Positions 51,264 to 64,000 of a stretch of 64,000 nucleotides of DNA are shown here, one piece after another (position 1 is the stretch's first letter; every line of letters starts with the position of its first letter). The notes below the pieces were generated by a model that had not been told where the DNA came from, ran no database searches, and saw only the letters and a list, made by a program, of their open reading frames with translations. The stretch comes from Oopsacas minuta (taxonomy: Eukaryota; Animalia; Porifera): positions 612,370-676,369 of the forward strand of contig JAKMXF010000233.1 in assembly GCA_024704765.1 (NCBI GenBank). The letters are read 5' to 3'. The position numbers and the translations under genes are program-made.

Positions 51264-53186
51264 TTTGTAAGTTTGAATGTTGTTTGCTTTGTATTGTTGT
51301 ATGCTACAGTAGCTCTGTATTTATAGGAATTTGTATATATATTCAGCCTACTAGCGTCAATGCATTGATTCTGAAACCATTAATTATCTTTTATGACATC
51401 AACAGAGCCATTGAATAGATTGAAAGTTCATTCAATTATAATCACTGATTTATTACGGAACGGAAGTGTCGTTAGAAGTGAAACTTTACAAATTTTAATA
51501 ACATCGAACTAATCAATTTTGGAGAGAACTGAATTCTTGCAAATATTCTCACAAATTATATTTCTGAAAAGAAGACTTTTATCACAAAAATTGCGCGTAT
51601 AAAGTTTGCAAACATAGCAACATATTCAGAGTACAATTATGCAATCTACAAAGTTTAATTATTTTGAACTGTGATCAGATTATAAATTCATTTTTTATAA
51701 CACAACTCTCATCACAAACTGGAATGTTCAGATAGCAGAAAATTCAAATTTAGCCACAGACTTAACGCATTCCTAAGTTACAATTATTAGCTACTAAATA
51801 CTGTTGTATTAATCGGTTACCATGGAAACCAATCAACACTAGAGAATATTTATATTCAATTGAAATTATACGCGAAAATACAATAAGTTTTTTCTGTAAT
51901 TTTCTGTAATTGTCAGCTGTTTTACAAAGTGAAATAATCAGTAACTATTGTTATATAATCATAGATTAATTCATGCAACTACTGAAAACAAATAATTACG
52001 ATAACGCTGAGGGCAGCCCCGAGCTTATGCAATAATATAAACAAATTTATTTATGTAAACAAATATCTGTTTATCTACTTGACAACGTATTTGTCACATA
52101 AGAATTCTGTAGGCAAGGGAAGTTAATTAGACAAATTAATTGCTGTCATCATACAATGATGATTTTCCTGGCGCCATAATTCTGTGCAATTTGTGGCTTT
52201 AAATTAATTCAAATTTGAATGGTTAAAGATTAGTGCACCTGTAATATTACCATATATTCATGACGTCATCACTTAAAGCATTATAACGAGACTCTAGTGA
52301 CGTCACTATAGAATGCTTACAAAGGATTGTAGTTCTACCCAAATTATCCTCAGGGAATTATTGGAAGTTATTTTCTGGAAAGTACTGACACTAAGTACTC
52401 TATGGGTCTAATTAATTATGGGTTTTATCAATTCAGAAATGCATACAGCTTAGGGGAGTGCTATATATCTGGTATGCATAATTCGTCTTATACTCATCAA
52501 GGCAGACACCACAAATTATAATATACGATAGGAGAGAATAGTCCTCATGTAAGTAATAGATCGGTTTAGTTTATGACCTGAGAACTCCTATCCTCTTCTC
52601 TGCCTGTACTCTTCCTCTATACTTGTTGTTTATTGAAATATCTACCCTCAGGAATAACTACTTCTAGCGTAAGCAAAATATACAAATAATATTCAGTGTT
52701 GAAACTAAAATGATTAGACATACAAACTAATCACAGGTAGACATGATACCCAGCAGATGTGATCTACTATTTCACCATACGTGTAACAAATTGTAATTAC
52801 TTGCAAGGCAGAGTTCTCTGAATGGATCGGAGAGGCCATTTTGCTGTCTTCCCGAAATGAGTAAAAATTAGCAAAGTATTGTGATGATTATTCAATTAAA
52901 AAGAGATTTGGGGCTCATGCCAAATGGCCCTCCTGGATCCTCTAGAGGATTGGTTACTTGTCCTCTAATTGGTATGCAAATCTAATTATTGTTATTATTA
53001 TTATTATTAAAAATAGAGTTTAATTTGCTTATAAAATGTACTTTTCATTTCTAAAATTATCCACAAATTATATTTCAGCTAATTTAGTTCTATTTTTAGA
53101 ATTTATTATATATTTTACTTATAAACTTGGCTGAGTTATTATTTTCTATTTTTATAATTTCAGTTAGGAAAGTTCAAATCTCTTTT

Positions 53187-56100
53187 ATGAGATTTTTCAC
53201 ACACCTTGTGATGCTATTTATAGCATTCACCCCGTTGCTAAGGACTCACTCAAGAATGTATAAAGCGACAGATAGAATGCCAGATCTTTGTGCTGTCCAA
53301 GGACGAGCTTTCTCGTTACAACTGCGACCCGACCTCTTTTCTAACACTTCTCTCCCTAGCGACAAACTGCAGGTAATGGAATGCTGATAATTTTTATCTA
53401 CTGTATTATATGCTGTGTAGGTATCCTCTCTTGGATCTGACAGACCTCCTAATTGGCTGGAGGTGTCCTTGTGGCAGTTACAAGGTCTACCACTTGAGAG
53501 TGACCTTGGTACTCACACTATCAAACTACAGCTCTCTGGATCCCGGGACTCTAGAATTCTTACTTTAGATGTCAGACCTAAGTTCTGTCCGGGTAAGAGA
53601 AGAGATCCTTGCGGTCCATTCTCACCTCGACTAGAAGCCCTGTTTGTATTTCCCTCTCTCCCCTCTCCTTCCAAACTAATCCCCTCTGACAGATTATCTC
53701 TTGTCTCATTGGTCTCTTCACACCTTTCTGTCCAATCCTTCGACGCTAAACTTTCTTCATCACTAACTTTATCTTCAGATGAACACCAGATCCTCTCCAA
53801 AAACCCTCCAGACCAATCTGTGCCTCCTAACGTCCCCCTAGTATCCCTCACTCTATCCTGTGACTCATGGGACCTAGTGTCTCTTGACAGGGTACCTGGG
53901 TCTGTCGTTATGGTGTCCTTATTCTCCCCTCAGCTCCCCTGGCTCAGACATAGAAGACAAACTAATGGACAATTTCCCGAGGTTATACCTATTGTAATAG
54001 AGCTTGTAGCTACAGAGACTGTAGATATCCCTTCTATGACGTCATCTGTACTTACATCTACTACATTCCAATCCTCCTCTATGGTTACCAGTTCTAATAT
54101 AACATCTACTGGTGTAATGACTATGTTATCTAGTGTGATGGCTTCATTCAGCAGGATGTTATCATCTCTTTCTTCTACTACTCGCTCTATGACGTCATTT
54201 GTACCCAGTTCTATATTTAGTACATCGTCTGTAGTGACGTCATCTTCTGTTTTTCCATCTACACAGATTATCTCATCTCCTAATATAACTTCAAGGATGG
54301 TGTTTACTACTGTAATAACGTCATCATCTGTCATCTCATCAAATATTCCTACTCGTTCTTCTAGGATGGTTTCATTAAGTTCTTCCATGCTATCAACAGG
54401 TGTTTCTATTATCGGTAGCATGACCCCAGTAATGAGCTCTTCCAGGATTCCTGTTACCTCTAGCCAGGTTCCAAATAACTCATCAGTGGTTCCAGTCTCT
54501 TCCTCCACTCCTGTTGTCTCAATAAGTACATCCAGGATGTCATTTAGTTCTGTACAGGTGACGAATTCATCCATAGTTCTTGTTACTACTAGTAGGGTCC
54601 CATTTAATTCATCCATGGTTCCAGTTTCTAGTAGCATACCAATTACTTCATCCATAGTTTCAGTTTCTAGTAGCATACCAACTACTTCATCCATGGTTCC
54701 AGTTTCTAGCAGTATACCATCTATTTCATCCATGGTTGCAGTTTCTAGTAGCATACCAATTACTTCATCCATAGTTTCAGTTTCTAGTAACATACCAACT
54801 ACTTCATCCATGGTTCCAGTTTCTAGTAGCATGCCAATTACTTCATCCATAGTTTCAGTTTCTAGTAGCGTACCAATTACTTCATCCATAGTTTCAGTTT
54901 CTAGTAACATACCAACTACTTCATCCATGGTTCCAGTTTCTAGTAGCATGCCAATTACTTCATCCATAGTTTCAGTTTCTAGTAACATACCAACTACTTC
55001 ATCCATGGTTCCAGTTTCTAGTAGCATGCCAATTACTTCATCCATAGTTTCAGTTTCTAGTAGCATACCAACTACTTCATCCATGGTTCCAGTTTCTAGC
55101 AGTGTACTATCTATTTCATCCATGGTTTCAGTTTCTAGTAGCATACCAATTACTTCATCCATAGTTTCAGTTTCTAGTAACATACCAACTACTTCATCCA
55201 TGGTTCCAGTTTCTAGTAGCATGCCAATTACTTCATCCATAGTTTCAGTTTCTAGTAGCATACCAATTACTTCATCTATGGTTCCAGGCACTTCAAGTAG
55301 TATTCCAGTCAGTTCTAGCGAGATCCCTGAAACTTCAACTACACTAATTTCCTCATCCATGGTTACAGGTACATCAACCGGCATACTGATTACATCATCC
55401 ATTATATCAGTAACCTCAATAGCTCCTACTGCTTCTGCTACTCCTACTCCTACTCCTATTCCTAACCTGTCTGTTGTTCTAACCAATCCCCTTCCTCTCT
55501 TGATACCATCTCCAGGTGTTACATACCATTATAACATCCCTAGCAACACATTTACAGATCCAGAAGGTGACGTCATAGCTCTGGGTCTGACTAGTCTAGT
55601 TGGAGAGCTTCCTGAATGGTTGAACCTCAGTCCTACAAATACAGGATATCAGCTGATGATGCTACCTCCTATTGGTTGGTTGTTCTATTTATAGACAGAT
55701 TATTTTTTAATTCAATTTGTTTATTATTAGATTCTGGTGATAAAATATTCTACGCTGCTCTGATTGCTACTGATTCATCAGGACAAACAGCTACTGACGT
55801 AATATCTATAAGACCTGATATATTTACTCCTCCATTACATTCCGTAGATGTTACCATAACAACCAATCTGAGTGAAATACTGGCAAGAGGAATTTCAGTT
55901 AGATTGTCACTCTCTGAGATAATTAGTAATGCTACTAACTCAACTATTCGTCTGCTCGGTCTCTCCGATGGATCTACTGTAATTAGTGTATCTTTTGTCG
56001 GTTTGGAAGTAACCAGGAATTGTTCGGATATTTTAGCGATATTTTCTAAGATCCAGCATAGCAACGGATCTTATACTGAAAAATTCAGTGCTGCATTTGG

Positions 56101-56592
56101 TGAGTATTTATTAATGATAATAATCTAGAATTTCATTCTCTTTTATATTTTCATGTTATAGCGCCTGATTACACGTTGGGAAAGAGTGCAATTGGTCGAG
56201 GTTTTTGTCTGTCTGAAGGGACTGTTCCCCCTACACCTTCCCTGCCCTCTCTATCCGGGACCTTCTCAGACCTGATTATATTCGTGACCTCTACAGGAAT
56301 AGCTATAATGTTAGCTATTCTTATATTCTCTATTTGCTGTATTACTATTTGTTGCTGTTACAGACAGAGACGATACGCCAGTCTATCTCCTGCTGAGAGA
56401 AAAGCATTCCTTAAGAGGAGGCCTGTCGTCATGGATACGGATAGATTATTGGCTCCTAAGGCGCGTAGAGCCACAATACTGCCAACAGATTTAGAACACA
56501 TTCCTGAGGAAGAGAGATGGTTGCTAGGTTCGCAACCTCCTCCTGCTCTTTCCCGACCTCCGGAGCCTCGGGCTCCTCCTCCCTTCCAATAA
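53187..56592 (+). CDS. DAG1: Dystroglycan-like protein
   Basis: Signal peptide; cadherin-like domain PNWL...LQGLPLESDLGTHTI; RHRRQ furin-like site; Ser/Thr mucin region; second cadherin-like domain (FTDPEGD, LPEWL); SEA-like GSTVISVSF; TM helix; Pro-rich tail. Confidence 0.8.
54609..55271 (+). repeat. 17 x 39-bp coding minisatellite (13-aa Ser/Thr mucin unit)
   Basis: Unit TCATCCAT(G/A)GTT(C/T)CAGTTTCTAGTA(G/A)CAT(A/G)CCAA(T/C)TACT; 663 bp = 17 x 39. Confidence 0.95.
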
Positions 56593-56756
56593 TCTATTTT
56601 TAGAATTCTATTTATTTTTGTATTCAGCTATTAATCTGTGATTTATTTAAGTTTAATTAATCTGATTTATCATATCAGCTGTTTATCAGATTAGCTAGCA
56701 TTCTGGCAAATCGAGTTAAACGTGTTAGAGTGCATTCTCCGAGCAATTCTCATAAC

Positions 56757-59700
56757 ATGACAGCAGACGTGAGTTATTCTTATTTTAGTGGAATATTTCA
56801 CTTGTCATAGAGATTAGCTAATTAGGAGTGAACAGGGACATAGAATTAGATTTTGACACATTCAAATGAGTGATAACAAGTATTATTATTCTTTTGTAGG
56901 TAGAAATGACAGACGCTACAAAGAGAATAGATGAAGACCTCTATTCCCGTCAGCTGTAAGTTATGACGTCATAATACTGTATACGCTGTCTATAGGGAGT
57001 AGTAATATATACTCTCATAACCGCTATCTACTGTATTAACACTGCTATCTGTAGATATGTGTTAGGGCATGAAGCTATGAAACTTTTTCAAGACTCTAGC
57101 GTGCTGATATGCGGCATGAAAGCTATGGGAGTAGAAATAGGTTTGTTGTTGTTTGCCTTATGATAATATTGTTATTCATTTATGTATATTTGTAGCTAAG
57201 AATGTTATTCTGGCTGGACCCAAGGCTGTTACCCTAAGGGACAATTCTCTTGCCCAATTAGAGGACCTAGGGTGTAACTACTTCCTGAGGGAGAACATGC
57301 TGGGTACAGCGAGGTGTGAAGCTGTTGTTAATCAGCTGACTGAGCTTAATAGCTATGTACAGGTACAAACTTATGTGGGAGAACTGAGTGAGGAAGTCCT
57401 CAACAAATTCAGAGTAAGTACAATACTATTGTCTTTTCTGTTTCTTTATTGTTATTTACTTGTTGATATTTAGGTAGTAGTATTATGTGATGCTTCATTC
57501 AGTGATCAGCTGATTATAGGAGACATCTGTCATACAAATGGAATAAAATTCATTTCTGTTTGTAGCTTCGGACTATTTGGGTTTGTTTCGTATGCAATAT
57601 TGTATTATGACGTCATTAATGTTTATACATTATAGGAACTTGTTTTGTGATTTTGGAGATAAATTTGTTGTTGTTGACAAGAACGGAGAGCAGCCTAGCT
57701 CGTGTCTGGTGCAACACATCTCCCGGGATAATGAGGGTATCGTAACCTGTAATGAAGAGACACGACACGACCTAGAGACAGGAGATTTTGTTACTTTTAG
57801 TGAGATTGTCGGGATGGAGGGGCTTAATAATAGTCCCCCTAGAGAAGTCACGGTTATCACACCTTACTCATTCTCAATAGGAGATACTAGTGAGCTTAAT
57901 GAGTATACAGATAGAGGTGTTGTCACTGAGTGTAAGACTCCTATCACTGTAGAATTTGTGAGTTATATAATCAGCTGATTATTCTTTAGTTTATTGATTC
58001 TAATTATAGAAATCTCTGAGGGATTCCTTGAAAGACCCAGAGTTCTTAATCTCAGATTTTGCTAAGTTTGACAGGCCCGGTCATTTGTTGAAAGCTTTCC
58101 AGGTTATTATTGTTATTTGTTAGTTATACAACATTCCTTATTGCTTTCTGTTGCTAGGCACTAGATGTGTTTGTTGCAGAGAAAGGAGAACTTCCCAGAC
58201 CATATAACAAGGTAAAGCAATTTGTCAAATTCTTGCATTCCAAATGATACCTCTATGTCAATGATTTAAAGCATACATTCCTATAACCCCAATGTGTTGC
58301 TAGGAAGATGCAGATGTATTATTAGACTTAACTAAGAAGTTCTACAACGGGGAGGAAGAGCTATCAAAAGATGTAATCACTAAACTCTCTTATGTCTGTA
58401 GAGGAGAGTTAATGCCAGTTATATCATTCCTGGGGGGTTTAGCTGCTCAGGAGGTGGTCAAGGCCTGTACTGGTAAGTTTATGCCTCTCAAACAGTTCAT
58501 GTTCTTTGATGCGTTAGAGTGTCTCCCTGCTGAGGATAAGTTACCTTTCCAACAGACAGATTATCCAGTAAGTATTCTATCGTGATGATATACTCATGAC
58601 GTCACTTATTATATTGCTATATTTAGAATGACAGATACTCTAAGCAGCGATTGGTATTCGGACAAGCATTCCATGACAAACTCTCCAATCAGGGTAACTT
58701 CGTGGTGGGAGCTGGAGCTCTAGGGTGTGAATTCCTTAAGAACTTCGCTATGATGGGTGTGGGGTGTGGACCTAACGGACATATTGTTATAACTGATATG
58801 GATATTATTGAGAGGTCCAATTTGAACAGGCAGTTCCTATTCAGACCGTGGGACATGGGTGTAAGTTATTTACTGTTTATATCGTATATATGGAAATATA
58901 TGCCATGGATATTACTTACAAGAATGTGTCTGTTTAGAAATGCAAGAGTACAGTAGCAGCTGATGCTGCTTGGAAGATGAATCCTAGTCTTAAGATTGAG
59001 TCTCTGCTTGAGAGAGTAGGTCCTGATACAGAGCATATTTATAATGATAAATTCTTCTCTCTTCTATCCTGTGTTACTAACGCCCTAGACAACGTAGATG
59101 CCAGTAAGTTCTGCATTAATTGTATGTTACAGCTGATTTATTGGTTCATTAGGGAAGTACATGGATCGCCGGTGTGTGTACTATCATCTCCCACTACTGG
59201 AGAGCGGTACACTAGGAACTAAAGGTAACGTACAGGTAGTGCTACCCTTCCTGACAGAGTCTTACAGCTCTAGTAATGATCCTCCTGAGAAGGAGTATCC
59301 TATTTGTACACTGAAGAACTTCCCTAACGCTATTCAGCATACTGTACAATGGGCAAGAGATCTATTCGAGGGAGTATTCTCTAAGCCAGGAAGAGTGTTT
59401 AAACAGCTACAAAGGTATTTATACATATACACTAACCTTACTGTTATATCGAAGTGATTACTTATTCCCGAAATGAAATCGATTGTCATGATCACTTCGT
59501 TATGATTGAAGTTTACTGTTTGTAATTATTTTATTCCTATAGTGAGCCTGACTACATCGATAGAATTACTAAAATGCCAGGAAATGAACCAGCTACTATT
59601 CTATCGGAACTGAAACTAATGCTAGACAGGAATCCTAATAATTTCCCTGACTGTGTAGCATGGGCTAGATTACAATTTGAGGAATTATTCAGTTCTCAAA

Positions 59701-61023
59701 TTAAACAGCTGTTATTCAATTTCCCGCCTAATTCAGAGAACAATGGTGTACTCTTCTGGTCCGGCAGCAAGCGATGTCCTACACCTGCTGTATTTGATTC
59801 TACAAATGTTAGTTACACATCTCAGCTTAATTGTCAGTTAACTGTATTACAAATGGTGTTATAAATTATATTATTGTGTTAGGATACACACGGTGATTTT
59901 ATAGAATCAGCCTCTCTCCTGTATGCTGAAGCTAACTCCATCAGTACAGATGGTATTACAAGAGAGCAGGTATTGTCACTAGCTAATGGGGTGTTAGTTC
60001 CTGTATTCAAGCCCCGTGAAGGTGTGAAAATAGCTACCACAGATCAAGAAGCTCAGGAAATGAGTACAAGTAGCGGAGACTCTTTGTCTAGTCAGTCAGT
60101 TGCTGAAGGACTCAAATCTCTAAAACTCCCCCCAAACTTGAAAATTATTGCACTAGAATTTGAAAAGGTATATTATTAATTCATTTCTAGCATTCCTTAA
60201 GATATCTTTGGTAACTAGGATGATGATAGTAACCATCACATGGATTTCGTAACCTCAACCTCCAACCTTAGAGCTGCTAATTACCAAATAGAACAAGCAG
60301 ATAAACACAGAAGTAAAGGAATAGCAGGGAAAATCATACCGGCGGTGGCTACTACAACTGCTGCTGTAGTAGGACTAGTCTGCTTAGAGTTATATAAACT
60401 AGTCAGGGACCAGGGATGTTCTAAAGAAGAGGTTAATCATGAAAATTATAAAAATGCGTTCTTTAATTTGGCGCTACCTTTCTTTGCTTTTTCTGAACCG
60501 ATTCTAGCTGAAAAGAAGAAAGTAAGATTATTCTTTGTTTGTATTTACAAATATTTGTTTGTTTGTTTGTTTGTTTGTAGTATTACGAGACTGAATGGAC
60601 TCTATGGGACAGATTTGAAATAGATGGGAGACTAGCAGATGGTGAGATGACTCTAGGAGAATTCATCGGTGTATTCAAGGTAAGTTAACCCCTTGTCGCT
60701 ATGGCAACAGATATTACTGTAGGAATGTATGTAGGAGAAGTATAGGCTGAACATAACTATGCTGTCTCAGGGCGTTGCTCTGATATTTGCATTCTTCACA
60801 GAAGCAAAGAAGAAGAAGGAGAGAATGGAAATGAGGTTTGTTAACCAACTTAAGTATATCTCTTCTATTTATAGCTACATTCCTTAGCGTATCCAAGGCT
60901 GTAGAGGTTGTAACTAAGGTATGTGTACCCGACCACCTGACCTCTCTGGTCTTGGAGATGTGTTGTGACGATGATGAGGGCAATGACGTAGAAGTACCCT
61001 ACATTAAGTACAGCTTCAAGTAG
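56757..61023 (+). CDS. UBA1: Ubiquitin-activating enzyme E1
   Basis: [10 protein letters not shown]|[32 protein letters not shown], catalytic [30 protein letters not shown], ends [12 protein letters not shown]; alternative start ATG at 56906. Confidence 0.95.
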
Positions 61024-61336
61024 TTAGGATAACTGATTGGATATTATTAGCTTAGGATATCGTGTGTATAGCGTATTTGAATAGAGGATAGTTTCTAATT
61101 ATATTATTCGCTTGGTGGAAGCTAATTTGATACTGTCAACTTCCCTTTTATATTTCCCGCAAGGGACAGCTATACACGAAGGAATATATGTTACTTTAAC
61201 ATATTTGTATGATTTAAGACTTCGAAATATCGAGAATTGATTGTTGACTATTTTCATACAAACATTACACATATAAAGGGCGTTATAATATGTAACTATT
61301 TCATATTTCTGAAATATTAGCTATGAATTGATTAGA

Positions 61337-63379
61337 ATGTTGGATAGTTCAGGAATAAAAGACAAAATGTCTAATTTAACTGATTTTCCAATCCTCTCTG
61401 CTGCTACCCACTCAGATCCTAATCCTACTCCTGTCCACCTCTCTCAGAGGATTGTGTCTATATCATTTGTTAGCAGACAGAAATGTGTACATTTAATGGA
61501 ATATTTCCTAGAGCTAGCTAATTCTGCAAACAAGTCTATACATTCCCGTATAAAGGCTGTTAGGCTAATGCAGGTATTTATCAATAGTATACGTATTTAT
61601 TTATAATAGATTACTCTACTGTGTGTGTAGGAGCTGGTAGTTAAGGGAGATACAGAGTTCAGACCGTTGTTACAAAAAGAGGAACATAAACTCAAATCTA
61701 TCTCAGGATTCCTGGACCCCAGAGCTCCTCTAGAGTCCTCACGACTCAGAGAGGCTACAAATGGACTTCTGGAGGTTCTTTTTGAAGAGACTGAAACACC
61801 CGTACCACCCTCCAGACCAAATCCCACTATTATATACGGCCCTCCCTCTACCTCCTACAATAAGCCCCAGTATAAAGGATTCGGTGAGTAGGGGATAAAT
61901 TGTGTCCTGTTTATATATATAATAGTTAACACCTCTAAAGGTAACCCAAACTTTTCTCAGAATAGAGCAGTACCAGCTAACTCCGGTATTCTAAATTTAG
62001 TAACAGATAAGGTAGTAGGATTATTGAATTATACTCCTGGTACGAATCCTGATAGATTTCCTCGCTACTCTGACAGACAGGATATGAATCAGGCAAGTTC
62101 TTATGCTGAGAACCAGCTCTGTTACCCTGGAGTACCCAGACACACATACTCTGCAGAACCTATGTTACCAGATATTAGGCCACATCAACCTGGTAATTAG
62201 TTTGTAGCAGAGTCTACTGTGTTGTTATTATTGTTGTTATTATGCTGAATAGGAGTAGCTAGTGCTGAATGGGAACAAGGAACTTACCCTGACGTCACGA
62301 GATCTTCTAATACAGTAGAGGTTAGAGGAGATGGATACCTTGAGAGACAGCTGGTAGTAGCTTTCACTACTGAGGCCGGAATACGTAACAAACCGACCAG
62401 ACAGGAGCTGGACGAGTTAGTAACAAGATCGCGGTCACTGGACTGCTCTGCAATAGCTACAGAGCTAATATTACAGCTGGATCCGGTAGCTACTTCTTCT
62501 AGAATGGTTTGTTTATATCTTATAATCATTTTTGAATTTAATATTATTATTATTTGTATTAGAAAACTCTTTTTGCTATCGAAACTCTTTACAGAAGTTT
62601 CCCCGCACAAGTTGCTGATGTAATAACGAATAACTCTCAACCAATCAGCTGTCTAGCTCAGAAAGGTGAAGGGCCTATTAAGAACAAATCCAAAGAGATT
62701 TTGCTGTTACTTGGCATTTCTAATGAGGATAATTCTGATGTCATAGAAATGCAAAAAGATACGGTTGACATTCCTAAGCAGTCAGATACGTTGCTATGGG
62801 AGAATGAACAATCAACTAATTCATTGTTTGATGGAATGCTAACCTCACACACAGATGTGTAAGTTATCGTAAATGTCCATATAGGATGTTGTGGAATCAT
62901 TTCATTCGTGTCATTCATTTTGAATGTCATATTCAATGAATTATTTATCTAATCGGGTCAAAATGGCTTTGTCCTGATGTAACTCTCTTAAACGGAGAGT
63001 ATACTTTAGAAATATTATTGAATAATACTTTTACAGAACTAATCCTCAAACTACAGCTACAGGCCTTATCCCTGGTCTGGAAGATATAGAGATACCGGAA
63101 GTAAATGACAATCAATTACTTAATACTGATATGATTGATTTTGGAAGCTCTAAAACTTCAATTATATTTGATCCACTTCTGGATACCGAGATATCTACCT
63201 CTACTACTCTCCCTCCAATAAATTCTACAATTCCTAAGTATACGAATACTCCATATATGAATTCTAATACGCCGAGTAACTCTATAACATATAACACACA
63301 GAGTACTAATCAAAATGAGAAGAGAGATTCTTTCGGGTTTATATCTGATCATATTCAAACTTTGAAACATTCAAAATAA
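61337..63379 (+). CDS. TEPSIN: AP-4 accessory protein tepsin
   Basis: ENTH-like N-terminus (PILSAATHSDPNPTP...LMEYFL...RIKAVRLM), second helical domain (ERQLVVAFTTEAGIRNKPTRQELDELV), SLFDGML and DSFGFI motifs resembling the AP-4 ear-binding motifs of tepsin. Confidence 0.75.
62949..63005. mobile_element. Partial copy of MITE-like family A in a tepsin intron
   Basis: TAATCGGGTCAAAATGGCTTTGTCCTGATGTAAC matches the interior of 8367-8434. Confidence 0.5.
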
Positions 63380-64000
63380 CTATTTAGATATAACTGAGTA
63401 TACACATTTAGAAAATTATTGATTCTGTTTTAAATGTAAATATTATATTATTCGATTGAAGTTGTTTAACGGAATGTCAATATTAGAATATCTTTCTGCA
63501 GTCTGTTATGCTAGCGATTATTCAGACGTCTAAAAGGATCAGAACACAGGATAATGATTTCAAATATAAATAGCAGATATTCTAGGTTGTCAGTAATAGG
63601 TGTGTTCTTATATTGGCTGGAAATGTTTAATAATCGAAGCGGAGGGAGCTGAAGTTCATTTAAGGACACAGAATGAAGCTCGAAGTCGCTGAAATAAAGA
63701 GACGTTGATGCATTTTAGTAGACTAAATGGATAGCAGTGAAGGATTTTGATTTGATTGTACTATTTTTGGATCTGTATAAAGCTGTGGGTGGATGAGAGT
63801 ATATAGAACTGGCTAAGAAGATGTTAAGATGTTAGACTATGGGCTTTGCCATGATTATCTAGCCTTGACTAGCTGATCGGAGTGTTGACTTGATTAGTTA
63901 TGAACTGAACCAGAGAGGAGGACTTAAAGGTTATTTCAAGTAGATGAATGTAGGCGGATGGCGTTTGATTGGATTCTAGCTGAAAAGGGTGAACCGGGGG

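Noticed and set aside
52433-52570. Minus-strand frame with ICGVCLDEY...LSCMHF, RING-like
   Set aside because: Bounded by stops, no start or clear splice context, and the remaining zinc ligands are absent; at best a decayed fragment.
54609-55271. Regular repeat array considered as CRISPR-like
   Set aside because: Contiguous in-frame units without unique spacers, inside a eukaryotic coding exon; no cas genes.
53930-55486. 518-aa minus-strand ORF with ETETMDEV repeats
   Set aside because: Antisense shadow of the dystroglycan mucin repeat; the repeat unit simply lacks stops in that frame.
62284-63370. Minus-strand ORFs 62284-62640, 62658-62936, 63112-63297, 63158-63370
   Set aside because: Antisense to tepsin exons, which explain the region.
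63660-64000. Compositionally coding-like tail with stop-interrupted frames (FLDLYKAVGG*EYIELAKKML)
   Set aside because: Multiple stops in all frames and truncated by the window edge; family cannot be assigned without a search.

Overview
AT-rich, gene-dense eukaryotic DNA with many short GT-AG introns. The gene content is animal (plexins, dystroglycan, ASZ1); an early-branching animal with a compact genome, such as a glass sponge, is my inference, not a database result. Reconstructed spliced genes: a Tyr/Pro-rich adaptor with a C-terminal PH domain, an arrestin-domain protein, a Sec23/24-type zinc finger + VWA protein, a secreted 2xVWC + cystine-knot protein, DUSP14-like, R-Ras2-like, TMEM258, TIMM17, ARPC4, ASZ1/GASZ, two head-to-head plexins, an SH3 protein, ATP synthase subunit e, TUSC2, BTG/Tob, dystroglycan-like, UBA1 and tepsin. 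The most striking signal is a family of four intronless (coiled-coil-)NHL copies. Three sit antisense inside enlarged introns of three unrelated host genes (PH adaptor, VWA protein, plexin), two carry their own promoter, all three have candidate flanking direct repeats, one is 5'-truncated, and where I compared copies codon by codon the differences are mostly amino-acid changing and clustered. This looks like a mobile, diversifying gene cassette. Other highlights: a 231-bp near-identical inverted tract shared by the otherwise divergent plexins, dispersed palindromes and MITE-like hairpins, and introns dense in canonical transcription-factor words. No rRNA, tRNA or CRISPR array was recognised. 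Exon boundaries were derived by eye and are predictions.
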